DNA of 64,000 nucleotides, from assembly GCA_020184695.1 (NCBI GenBank), contig JAANOX010000018.1:124001-188000 (forward strand), written 5' to 3'. Both the position numbers and the translations under genes were made by a program. The notes under the pieces were generated by a model. The model saw only the letters and a program-made list of their open reading frames with translations, made no database searches and was not told the origin of the DNA. Shown here piece after piece: positions 10,671 to 20,370 of this stretch. Numbering within the stretch: position 1 is the stretch's first letter; each line of letters begins with the position of its first letter. Source of the DNA: Histomonas meleagridis 2922-C6/04-290x. Taxonomy: Eukaryota > Protista > Parabasalia.

Positions 10671-12191
10671 TTAATTATGATTTATAAATAACTTATTTGT
10701 GGATCTATTTGGATCATATGTTACACGTATTCCAAGTTTTCGTATTCCACTTGTATCACCTTCAGTTGGAATATGAGTTAAATGCATTTCGCATCCAGCT
10801 AACTTTTTAAAGCTTTCTAATACAGACACAACAGCAGGATTCATTATTGATGATACACCAAGTACAATCAATAACTCGTTTACATCAAGACTTGCTGATG
10901 TTGTATTATAAATGTTTTCTTTCATGTTACCTATTGATTGTAGAATTCCAGGAGCTAACAAATGCATTTCATCTGGAATTCCTGACAACTTTTTCCCAGC
11001 ATTTATTAAAACAGCACTTGCAGAATGGAGTTCAGGTGAATTATATCCTTTTATAACTGTTCCATCTTTAAGTTGAATAGCAGCACCACAAAAAATTCCA
11101 TGGTTACCTTTCCCTGGAATTGTTTTAGAAGTTTCAGCTGCTTTTCGAGCTGCTGCAACTACAACTCTGTCCTCAATTGAGGCTCCAACTTTTTGTAATA
11201 ATGATTGCGATTTCATGACTGAAGATTTAGTTGTAATTCCTTCGGCAAAATCTGCAATACATCTAAGATGTCTACATATTATTTCCTGTTTAGATGCTTC
11301 TCGAATGACTTCATCAGAAATAATTCCTTCTGATATGCAATTAATTCCCATATCAGTAGGTGATTTATATATACATTCGGATTTGGTGATTTTTTCAAAG
11401 ATACTCCTTAGAACAGGAAATGCTTCAACATCACGGTTATAGTTGACAGAACTAATATGATAGGCTTCTTCATGAAATGGATCAATTAGGTTATAATCCT
11501 CAAGATCTAAAGTAGCGGCTTCGTAGGCAACATTAACAGGATGGTCAAGTGGCATATTCCAAATAGGAAATGTTTCAAATTTAGCATATCCAGCTTTGAT
11601 GCCTCTCATTGATTCATGATAAAGTTGGCTTAGACATGTTGCTAATTTCCCACTTCCAGGTCCTGGAGCGGTTACAACAACAATTTTTTTGGTGGTTTCA
11701 ATATATTGACATGACCCAAAACCCTTTTCACTAACAATGTTTTCAATATCTGTTGGATATCCTTGAATAAATGGATGACAACAAACTTGAATTCCCATAT
11801 TTTCTAACTTATTTTTAAATGATGTTGCTGAGCGTTGGTTTTTGTATTGCGTTATAACAACAGTAGTAACTGGAAGAGAAAAGCTTTTTAGGTCATCAAT
11901 AATCTTAAGGACATCTAAATCGTAACTAATTCCAAAATCAGCTCTTAGTTTATGTCTTTCTATATCACTAGCATTTACGCAAAGAATAATATCAATTTCT
12001 GTTGATAATTCTTGAAGGAGCTTAATTTTGTTATTTGGATCATAACCAGGTAAAACTCTTGAAGCATGATAATCAAAAAGAAGTTTTCCACCAAATTCAA
12101 TATATAGTTTATCTCCGCTTTTTTTAAGTCTTTGAATGATCTTTTCTTTTTGAGCATCAAGATATTTTGCACTGTCGAAGCCTATCTTCAT
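10671..12191 (-). CDS. DUF1846/UPF0371 family P-loop protein of bacterial type
   Basis: MKIGFD..KLYIEFGGKLLFDYHASRVLPGYDP, VVVTAPGPGSGKLATCLSQLYHE, GYAKFETFPIWN, VNYNRDVEAFP. Confidence 0.9.
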   Translation of the reverse strand: MKIGFDSAKYLDAQKEKIIQRLKKSGDKLYIEFGGKLLFDYHASRVLPGYDPNNKIKLLQELSTEIDIILCVNASDIERHKLRADFGISYDLDVLKIIDDLKSFSLPVTTVVITQYKNQRSATSFKNKLENMGIQVCCHPFIQGYPTDIENIVSEKGFGSCQYIETTKKIVVVTAPGPGSGKLATCLSQLYHESMRGIKAGYAKFETFPIWNMPLDHPVNVAYEAATLDLEDYNLIDPFHEEAYHISSVNYNRDVEAFPVLRSIFEKITKSECIYKSPTDMGINCISEGIISDEVIREASKQEIICRHLRCIADFAEGITTKSSVMKSQSLLQKVGASIEDRVVVAAARKAAETSKTIPGKGNHGIFCGAAIQLKDGTVIKGYNSPELHSASAVLINAGKKLSGIPDEMHLLAPGILQSIGNMKENIYNTTSASLDVNELLIVLGVSSIMNPAVVSVLESFKKLAGCEMHLTHIPTEGDTSGIRKLGIRVTYDPNRSTNKLFINHN

Positions 12192-12302
12192 CCAAATGTG
12201 AAATAAAATTTTGTTCTACAAAAAATTAAATAGTTTACAATTTATTTCAATATTTAAGTCAAAAAAACTTATTTCAAGAATTGGAACTATCCAATTATTG
12301 AT

Positions 12303-13235
12303 CTATTTAGGAAACTTTTTAGTATATGAAACCTTATTCGCAAAAATATTTGGTAACCTTGGATTTAACTTTATCATTCGAAGATCATTTTCATCATCAA
12401 TAGTTTCTGTTTTCGTATAAAAAGGAACCTTTAAGTACATTCGCGTTGGAGTTCGAGTTTGACTTTTAGGTCTTTTTTCGTCTTTATTATATTTATACAT
12501 TTGACTTTTACCCAAAAAATCTAATCCATCCGGAATAGGTGGTTCTTTTTTTGCTGCTTCTTCAAACTCTGCTTTTCTTTTTCTAGCAATTTCAGTCATT
12601 TTTTCTTCTTCTTTCCATTTTTTAATTTCTTGTTTTCTTCTGATTCTTTCAGCTTTTTCTTGGATAATCTGATCAGGAGATGAATGAGGACGAGATGTAA
12701 TTGTTTGGAAAACAGAGTAATTTCGTGATTGAATTTTTCTATTAGCATTATTTCGATTTCTTTCAGATCGAACAACAGTAATTCCATCAAGAACCTTCAA
12801 GTTCGGAAAGAGTGAGATTACATACTGACGATAACCTGTTTCAAGAGTGAGTGGATTCCCTCTCAAATCTAATGTTTGAAGAAATTTCATATGTAATAGT
12901 TTTGACATTGTCTTATGAAGGTCTTGAAGTTTGTTATTTGATAGGTAAAGTTCATTAACAAATTCAAGTTTTGGAATTTCTATTTCTGATATTTCATTAT
13001 TTCTTGCATCAATAAATTTTAGCCGAATATTATTTTCAAGGTTATTGAGAGTCTGTAATTTATTATTAGGAATAAAAAGATATTGTAGATTTGGAAAACG
13101 TTTTAAATCTTCTGAAATTAAATTAGTAAAACCGGTTCCATCAGCAACAATTTCTTCCATATTAAAAGCACTTTCTGATAGATGTGATGCTATTTCTGAA
13201 AGAGGCCCTGGGAACTTTGAAATTTTATTTTTCAT
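12303..13235 (-). CDS. SDS22-type LRR protein with LRRcap (LRRC72-like)
   Basis: LxxLxLxxNxL repeats; LDLRGNPL..YRQYVISLFPNLKVLD cap; charged coiled tail. Confidence 0.75.
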   Translation of the reverse strand: MKNKISKFPGPLSEIASHLSESAFNMEEIVADGTGFTNLISEDLKRFPNLQYLFIPNNKLQTLNNLENNIRLKFIDARNNEISEIEIPKLEFVNELYLSNNKLQDLHKTMSKLLHMKFLQTLDLRGNPLTLETGYRQYVISLFPNLKVLDGITVVRSERNRNNANRKIQSRNYSVFQTITSRPHSSPDQIIQEKAERIRRKQEIKKWKEEEKMTEIARKRKAEFEEAAKKEPPIPDGLDFLGKSQMYKYNKDEKRPKSQTRTPTRMYLKVPFYTKTETIDDENDLRMIKLNPRLPNIFANKVSYTKKFPK

Positions 13236-13330
13236 TTATAACGTTTTTGCCACTTTTTAAAGTTTCGCTTTTCGACCGTTTATTTGGCAAGTTCTTTAAT
13301 TTTTGGCATATTTTGGTTTTATTTTTAAAA

Positions 13331-15103
13331 ATGATCAAAGATCCAAAGAAAACTAAAAAAGTAATTATTGGAATTGATCTTGGAACAACATACAGTAGCG
13401 TTGCAATAATCAGAAATGGTTTCGTGGAGATATTAAGTAGTTCATCTGGAAGTCGATCAATTCCTTCTTATGTTACTTATGGTGATGAAATAATGGTAGG
13501 GGACACCGCAAAAGATCAAGCAATTTTTTACCCAACTTCATCAATATTTGATTCTAAGCGCATGCTTGGACGTAAATTTCATGATCCTCATATTCAAAAT
13601 GACATGAAATTATGGCCATTTAAAGTTGTTGGGGTTGGATCAGATAATGTAATGATACAAGTTAACTTTCAAAATAAAGTCAAAGAAATATCTCCAATTG
13701 AAATATCTTCTGAGATTTTAAAACATTTAAAAGCAATCGCAGAAGAATATCTTGGATCCGAAGTCTCTGTTCGTGATGCAGTTGTTACCGTACCTGCTTA
13801 TTTTACACCTTTACAAATTCAAGAAACCATCAAAGCAGGCGAACTTGCAGGTCTCAATATTGTTCGAACTTTACCTGAACCAATTGCAGCCACCATTGCG
13901 TATGGCATTAAAGAACAATCGGAAAATGTTCGAAATATTTTTGTTTTTGATTTTGGTGGAGGAACACTTGATGTATCAATACTTAAGGTTAAAGGCAATG
14001 ATTTTGAAGCAGTTGCATCGAATGGTGATATGCATCTTGGTGGTCAAGATTTTGATAATAATTTGATTGAATATTTTGCCAAAATTTTAAACGATAAAAA
14101 GAAAATTGATATCCACGGAAACCAACGGGCAATGTTTTTAATGAGGAGCGCATGTGAGAAAACAAAAAAAACGTTGTCACAAACACAATCTACAAGAATA
14201 TTTATTCCATCATTAATTAATGGAATTGATTTTGTTGAATCGATAAAACGTTCTACATTCAATGAGATAAATGAAGGACTTTATTCTAAAATAATAGCTC
14301 CTATCGAAGATGTCTTAAATGAAGCATGTCTTCAGAAAACAGATATTGACCAAATTGTTTTCGTAGGAGGTAGTTCACGAATTCCAAAAGTTGCTGAAAT
14401 TATTGAGCAATATTTTAACAAAGAAAGAACAATTAATAAAAATATTGATTCTGATACTGCCGTCGTTACAGGCGCAGCTATAGTAGCAGCAAACATACTT
14501 AAAAAAGAAGAAGAAGACGAAGACGATGTTCCCATAATCCCAACAACTCCACAAGATCCAACAACTCAAACAACTCCACAAGATCCAACAACTCCAATAA
14601 CTCCAACAACTCAAACAACTCCACAAGATCCAACAACTCAAACAACTCCACAAGATCCAACAACTCCAATAACTCCAACAACTCAAACAACTCCAATAAC
14701 TCCAATAACTCCAACAATACCAATAACTCCAACAATACCAATAATTAATTATCATTCAGTTCTTGCTCATTCAATTGGAATCGAAGTTAATCGGAAATGC
14801 ATGCATACAATGCTCAAAAAAGGATTAAAATTACCAGCAAAATCTCAATCAAGTTATTTTAGTCCAATGATCGCCAACAAAAATTCTTTGGCTCTTAAAG
14901 TTTTCAGTGGAGAAAATAGAGAAACGGTATATAACACTGAACTTGGAAAATTCCATATACAAAATCTCAGCATGAAGGATAATCGTGGCGCAATTAAAGT
15001 TGTATTTTTGGTTGATATTAATGGTATTCTTAACGTTGAAGTTGAAGATATCTATGCCGAAGAAGGCGGCAAAAAGAACTTCAAAGTATACCTCCAAAAT
15101 TGA
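13331..15103 (+). CDS. Atypical Hsp70: intact NBD, Pro/Thr repeat in the linker, partial SBD, no lid
   Basis: GIDLGTTYS, FDSKRMLG, EPIAATIAYG, FDFGGGTLDVS, VGGSSRIPKV; ATG at 13331. Confidence 0.9.
   Translation: MIKDPKKTKKVIIGIDLGTTYSSVAIIRNGFVEILSSSSGSRSIPSYVTYGDEIMVGDTAKDQAIFYPTSSIFDSKRMLGRKFHDPHIQNDMKLWPFKVVGVGSDNVMIQVNFQNKVKEISPIEISSEILKHLKAIAEEYLGSEVSVRDAVVTVPAYFTPLQIQETIKAGELAGLNIVRTLPEPIAATIAYGIKEQSENVRNIFVFDFGGGTLDVSILKVKGNDFEAVASNGDMHLGGQDFDNNLIEYFAKILNDKKKIDIHGNQRAMFLMRSACEKTKKTLSQTQSTRIFIPSLINGIDFVESIKRSTFNEINEGLYSKIIAPIEDVLNEACLQKTDIDQIVFVGGSSRIPKVAEIIEQYFNKERTINKNIDSDTAVVTGAAIVAANILKKEEEDEDDVPIIPTTPQDPTTQTTPQDPTTPITPTTQTTPQDPTTQTTPQDPTTPITPTTQTTPITPITPTIPITPTIPIINYHSVLAHSIGIEVNRKCMHTMLKKGLKLPAKSQSSYFSPMIANKNSLALKVFSGENRETVYNTELGKFHIQNLSMKDNRGAIKVVFLVDINGILNVEVEDIYAEEGGKKNFKVYLQN
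14540..14740 (+). repeat. Coding minisatellite of 9-bp units (PTT/PQD/QTT/PIT) with a 2 x 72-bp higher-order duplication
   Basis: PTT-(PQD PTT QTT PQD PTT PIT PTT QTT)x2-PIT PIT PTI PIT PTI P. Confidence 0.95.
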
Positions 15104-15315
15104 TGTACATTTTCATTAATGAATAAAGTGATGTGATATAAAATCTAATTGAATGTTTTACATCTAAAAGCGGTTTGGATCGGTTCGAATAACTTGGAAA
15201 CGCGCAGATAAAGCATTCAAAAATTTCGGTTTGATTCAATGTTAACCGGCAGTTTTGCACAAGGATTATTCTGGTTGTGTAAACTAATTAAAAAGTGCTT
15301 GTAGAAAACACTTGG

Positions 15316-17076
15316 ATGCGGAAAAGGTATGAAATCCACATCTGTTTCGATAATTACCCAGATACACAGTCTAAATTCGAAGCTTTTAACCAAGAGCTTG
15401 CTAAACCTTTCTACCAATTTTCCAATCTAACAGAATCAGCATTATTGTTAACGCCAAAAGCAAAAGAAAGCGAATTCTGCAAAATGATTCTGCCTAACGG
15501 AAGTGATTATCTTTCCTACATTGATTCTATGAAAGGTCCTCTGAACAAAATTGGTGATTTGACAGCAGATTATTCATCAGATAAAGATTTATCTCACCTA
15601 AGACGAGTGCTAGGAAACCTTTTCCCTCCTTACATCATCACTATGGTTACAGATATTTTCCCTATTAATATAGGAACTATCCTTACAAGCATTCCTCAGA
15701 ATTATGCAACATCTTTTCCAGCAATTGCACTTCTTTTTTATGGTCACGATAATACCAATGAAATTGTTGCATGGATTGGACAATCTTTAATTCCATCTAA
15801 TTTAAATTCAATGTATTCCAACACAAGTGAAATTGTTAAACTCTGTGGCATTTTTAAAAGATGCCAAGGTATATTTAAAGACAAAAAACTATATTGGGCA
15901 TTAGTTACACAATCAAATCAATTTTATTTATATCGTCATGACAATCTAAAACTTGTAGAGCAAGCACCATTTGATCATACAGAATTATCAGGCCATGATA
16001 TCAAAGTTTATAAGACACCTAAAGAATCAATTAAACTTAAACCATTATCAGATCATACCACCAAAATTTGGTCCAATACAGACACACTTTTACCCAACTT
16101 ATTTTGTCAAGAAGCTTCTACGTATCCACCATTACTTGTTGATGCATTTGAAAAAGCGCTTCTATCGTCCGACGGTTTTGTTCTTCTGTCACTTTTGGAC
16201 TTTGATGTGATTACGATGGGCCACGGCCCGTCATTGATGCGCGATCTTTTTAATGTGTTTTCTTATCATGGGCTAGTTCATAGGCTCGTCACTCTTGTCT
16301 CCACAAATGAATTATCCACCACTAATGTTAATGAAGACACCATTTTACGCCATAACTCACATCTTACTTTTTTATTCAAAGTATATTATGACTTATTTTC
16401 TACAGATTTCCATAATAACATCTTATTACCAATTATTACCAAGATAGCAGAAGCTGGTGATTTAGGTATTCGAGAAAAAGATACGTCACGAGTACAAGAT
16501 ATCTTAAATCTATTAAATTGGGTTCTCGATAAGTTTTTAAGCGGATCCCAATACATTTCACCACAGTTCCATCATTTCGCATCAGTCTTACGGAATAGTG
16601 TCTTCTTAGTTCTTAAGACTCGACACGCCGTCTTTAATGCGTTATCAATGTTTATATGCTCCAGATACACCACTGCCATTTTGGCTGATCCCGCGAACTA
16701 TGAAGTTGCTGGCGTCCCTAAGTCACGAAGCCGAAATACGTCGATACAATTCACGCAACTTCTGCAGCAAATGTTCAACTTGCAGCCATTGTCGGAGAGA
16801 TTCGATTATCTTTCGACAGTCAACGAACAAATAATGAACAGGTATCAGGAGATATATAACTTTGTGGTGTCCATCGCAAACTACGACCAGCAAGTCGAGT
16901 ACCCGAAGCCAACAGAAACAGAAAAGCAGAAGTCGCTGCTCAACTTGATCGGGTGCGTGGCGAAAAGCTCAGAAGTGTTCACAAAGAGATATAAGGAAGT
17001 ATCCGAAAATAACGCGAAGCTGTCGGCCGCAGGTTTCGCGATGTCGAATATGTTCATAAAAATGTTTCAGGCATAG
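15316..17076 (+). CDS. RasGAP-domain protein (divergent)
   Basis: EDTILRHNSHLT resembles TLFRxNS (arginine finger); CSRYTTAILADP resembles FLRFFCPAILxP; first ATG at 15316. Confidence 0.65.
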   Translation: MRKRYEIHICFDNYPDTQSKFEAFNQELAKPFYQFSNLTESALLLTPKAKESEFCKMILPNGSDYLSYIDSMKGPLNKIGDLTADYSSDKDLSHLRRVLGNLFPPYIITMVTDIFPINIGTILTSIPQNYATSFPAIALLFYGHDNTNEIVAWIGQSLIPSNLNSMYSNTSEIVKLCGIFKRCQGIFKDKKLYWALVTQSNQFYLYRHDNLKLVEQAPFDHTELSGHDIKVYKTPKESIKLKPLSDHTTKIWSNTDTLLPNLFCQEASTYPPLLVDAFEKALLSSDGFVLLSLLDFDVITMGHGPSLMRDLFNVFSYHGLVHRLVTLVSTNELSTTNVNEDTILRHNSHLTFLFKVYYDLFSTDFHNNILLPIITKIAEAGDLGIREKDTSRVQDILNLLNWVLDKFLSGSQYISPQFHHFASVLRNSVFLVLKTRHAVFNALSMFICSRYTTAILADPANYEVAGVPKSRSRNTSIQFTQLLQQMFNLQPLSERFDYLSTVNEQIMNRYQEIYNFVVSIANYDQQVEYPKPTETEKQKSLLNLIGCVAKSSEVFTKRYKEVSENNAKLSAAGFAMSNMFIKMFQA

Positions 17077-17141
17077 AATAATCGGCGATTAATAATATTA
17101 TTAATAAATAAAATTTCTCTGTAAATATAACGACGAATATT

Positions 17142-17582
17142 TCAGAGCAACGATGCGCTTTTGAGTGGAAGTTTGATGATATTTTTATTAATTATATTTT
17201 TTTCAATCATCATCTCAAGGAGATAATATGGTTCTTGTTTCTTATTGCCAAATATATATCTTGCCAACATTGTAATGATTTTGGTTTTTTTATTGATTTC
17301 TTCTTCTTTCTCTTGAATTAATTGTAAATAATTTAGATATTTTTCATTTACACTATTTTGTGCACAAAATGCAGAAAAAACTAAAACATTTATAACAATA
17401 TTAAATGAATATTGATAGTTTGTATTAAATAAATTCATTGATTGCTGGACTGTTTGAAGAATGTTTTCAGTCAAATTAAAAATTATTTTTTCTAATTCAT
17501 TTAAATCGGATAAATTAAGAAATTGGCTCTTGTTGTCTTTGATTTCTACATTAAAAGAATTTGTTGCATTCCTTGGAAACAT
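17142..17582 (-). pseudogene. Truncated N-terminal fragment paralogous to the 45570 ankyrin gene
   Basis: NLFNTNYQYSFNIVI..YLNYLQLIQEKEEE..QEPYYLLEMMIEKNIINKN aligns by eye with NLYDSNYPYTFNLII..YLCFLQTLQKSEEK..HEAFYLLDKMIECNLINSK. Confidence 0.6.
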
Positions 17583-17661
17583 GCTTTTATTGTTTAAATG
17601 ATTCGTCTTGTCACTTTTAATTCAATAAAGAGGTTATTTTCTGGGATCCCTGCAAAAGGGG

Positions 17662-19056
17662 ATGGATGACGAAGAAATCCATGAATACATGGACATCTCA
17701 AATGGCGGCGTGACAGTTGACGACAATAAAACAGGGAATCCATTTTTATTGCAACCAACTAAAGAATTATTTTTAAATTCCAAATTTTACAATAGGAAAT
17801 CACAGATAAAAAAGGATAGAATACAAAGATCAAGCCTTGTAGAGCGAAGTGTGCCAATTAAGCCAACATTTTTTTCATGTGAAACTAGGTCAACTCAAAT
17901 CCGTTCATCACTCAGAAAAAATAGATCTAACTCTATAACTGTCACACCTCGAAGTATTTCATCTATTCACCCCAAAGAGCGTAAACTTACAATGAATGAA
18001 TTTGTTCAAGATAAGCGTGAAATATATCAGTTACAGCTCATTATTCAAAAGAAAAAACGAGAAGCATTGACTCTTTTGCATGCACAATCTAAACAGGACA
18101 AAGCTCTCCAATCTAAAGAAGCAAAAATCAATGAATCAAATAATCAATTCAAATCCCAAACCCATAAAATAGAATCACTTGTTGCAACTGAACGAAGCAC
18201 AGCCAATTCTACCACCAGATCCATCATTTCCAAACAATCAGAACTTAAAAAACTGACTTTACAATTAGAATCTCTTCGTTCTGAACATGACACAAAAACA
18301 TCCACAATCGAATTATATAAGCGATATAAGTCTTTCATCCGCATTTTCTCACCTCAATGTCTTAATTCGCCCCATGAATTAGTTGATGCACTTGAGCGAA
18401 TGCAAGAAGAAAATCTTCTTTTAATAAACATTTTTAACAATGCTGAAAACTCAGCATCTGTTCGTGCTCTTCCACTTATTCAAACTAATTCTTATGTTTC
18501 ATCTGAACTTCAACGAGCTGAAAATCGAAAAATTGATTTTCCTGAAGAAAATAATTTCTCTAATTCCATTAAATCCGAAGAAATGGAATTAGAAATTGTA
18601 GAAAATGAACTTCATAAAATCGGTAAAATTGTTGCACAAACATATGAAAAATGTTTCGGTGATAACGCACAAAAAGAAATGAGTACACAAAGTTTACTTG
18701 AACGAATCGAAAGAAAATTGGAAGAAATGATCCAAGTGGAGAAATATATCGATCCAATTTTCGCAAAAGAAAAAAGAGATGCAAAAGCTGAAGAAAGAAA
18801 AGAGGAGAATAGAAAGAAACAAGCTGAAAAAAGACAAGAAGAACATAGAAAGAAAGTGGAACGAACAATGAAAAGAGCTGCAACTCCAATTCCCAAAAAA
18901 GAAAAAAGACCTATAGCAAAGAGAATGTTACCTATGGTGCATAGAGCTAGAGGGAAAACTGCGGAAGTCCTTGAGAAGGAAGAATTGGAAAATAAGTTCT
19001 TGTTTGATAATGATTTCGAAGTGGAATGTTTGTATAATGTAAAAAATAGAAATTGA
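17662..19056 (+). CDS. Coiled-coil flagellar protein, CFAP100/CCDC37 (DUF4200)-like
   Basis: EFVQDKREIYQLQLIIQKKKRE and MQEENLLLI segments; long coiled coils; EEx..F ending. Confidence 0.6.
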   Translation: MDDEEIHEYMDISNGGVTVDDNKTGNPFLLQPTKELFLNSKFYNRKSQIKKDRIQRSSLVERSVPIKPTFFSCETRSTQIRSSLRKNRSNSITVTPRSISSIHPKERKLTMNEFVQDKREIYQLQLIIQKKKREALTLLHAQSKQDKALQSKEAKINESNNQFKSQTHKIESLVATERSTANSTTRSIISKQSELKKLTLQLESLRSEHDTKTSTIELYKRYKSFIRIFSPQCLNSPHELVDALERMQEENLLLINIFNNAENSASVRALPLIQTNSYVSSELQRAENRKIDFPEENNFSNSIKSEEMELEIVENELHKIGKIVAQTYEKCFGDNAQKEMSTQSLLERIERKLEEMIQVEKYIDPIFAKEKRDAKAEERKEENRKKQAEKRQEEHRKKVERTMKRAATPIPKKEKRPIAKRMLPMVHRARGKTAEVLEKEELENKFLFDNDFEVECLYNVKNRN

Positions 19057-19111
19057 ATTTGTGAGAGTTTGTTTCGGTTTGAAAAGTGTCTGTTGTTTTC
19101 TATCGTCATAA

Positions 19112-19837
19112 ATGCAAATTGTGGAAAAACCACAAATATCAAAAATTCCGATAAGAACTTTCTCAGGAAAAAAATATGAAATTGATGTAAATGAGGATTC
19201 TTCAATAAAAACAATAAAGGAACCACTTTCAAAATTATTATCAATATCACCAGATTTACTTTCATTTATTTATAAAAAACAAGTTCTTGATGATAACATC
19301 TTAATTTCGAGTCTTGGTATTGATGAAAATTCATTTTTAATTTGTTTTGATAATTCTATTCACAAAATTCCATCTACAAATAAGCTTACTCGAGAACTAA
19401 ATAAGGAAGTTATTCCACCACAAGATATTCGTGGTAAAAACATACCATTTAATATTGATGATCTCACCAAATTTATCTCATCAATGCAATTTACAAAAGA
19501 ACAAGCAATTGCAGCATTAACATATACTGGATATGATACAGAAGAAACCATATCCTTGCTTTTGTATGGAAAAGCAATTGGAATCGATGGCAAGAAACAT
19601 TCAGTAATTGAAAAAACAGAGGATGTTTATTCATACGAAGATGAAAGCATTGCTGCCCGAAACAACATTAATCAAATAAACCAGAAAATCATGGATTTAC
19701 CAGACGATGAGCTAAGTGCAGTTAAACGGCTCAAAAAAATGTTTCCGAATTTGGACATTTCGACAATATATCAACTGTTCATGGCCAGCGAAAAAGACGA
19801 AAAAATGGCAATGTCATTGTTAAGTGATTTTAAATAA
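19112..19837 (+). CDS. UBL-UBA protein (Rad23/Dsk2-like shuttle)
   Basis: N-terminal ubiquitin-like IPIRTFSGKKYEIDV..LSFIYKKQVLDD; UBA-like FTKEQAIAAL; C-terminal UBA-like LKKMFPNLD. Confidence 0.75.
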   Translation: MQIVEKPQISKIPIRTFSGKKYEIDVNEDSSIKTIKEPLSKLLSISPDLLSFIYKKQVLDDNILISSLGIDENSFLICFDNSIHKIPSTNKLTRELNKEVIPPQDIRGKNIPFNIDDLTKFISSMQFTKEQAIAALTYTGYDTEETISLLLYGKAIGIDGKKHSVIEKTEDVYSYEDESIAARNNINQINQKIMDLPDDELSAVKRLKKMFPNLDISTIYQLFMASEKDEKMAMSLLSDFK

Positions 19838-20370
19838 ATAATTATACATATTCTTTGCTATTAATGATTTTAACACACATTTTGGCCATGGGAAAATCGT
19901 TTTTAATTTCATATGTTTTCATTTTTTTTTTTTTTTTTATAAATTATAAAATATATTGCTCACAATGATACATCTACTATTAGTCCAATTTTTTTATATC
20001 AGATCATTCATTGCATTATATTATAGAAAACTTCATAAAATTAAAAACGAATTAATGCGCTTTTTATTCCAAATCTTATGAAAAATACCCAAAATGTGAT
20101 AATTTTCATAAAAATGCATTACTATTGATTATTAAATATATATTTCATAATGAAAGTAAACCACCATTATGTTTAACTCAGATAAAAAGTTTTATCAATA
20201 TATTCTCGTTATTTAAATCATTTTAAATTTAACAACATATCATTACACATCCATTAAACTTAATTTGCCATAAGGACTCAAATTCACTGTATAAATTTAA
20301 AAAAAGTTGTTCTTAAACACATCCGAGAATAGATTTTATTCATTATCATTCTGTCACATCAAGAACTATA

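Noticed and set aside
14375-14755. Antisense ORFs rich in W/C/S or L/E
   Set aside because: Shadows of the Pro/Thr coding minisatellite in the Hsp70 gene.
18569-19265. Antisense F/L/S-rich ORFs
   Set aside because: Reverse complement of the K/E-rich coiled-coil gene.
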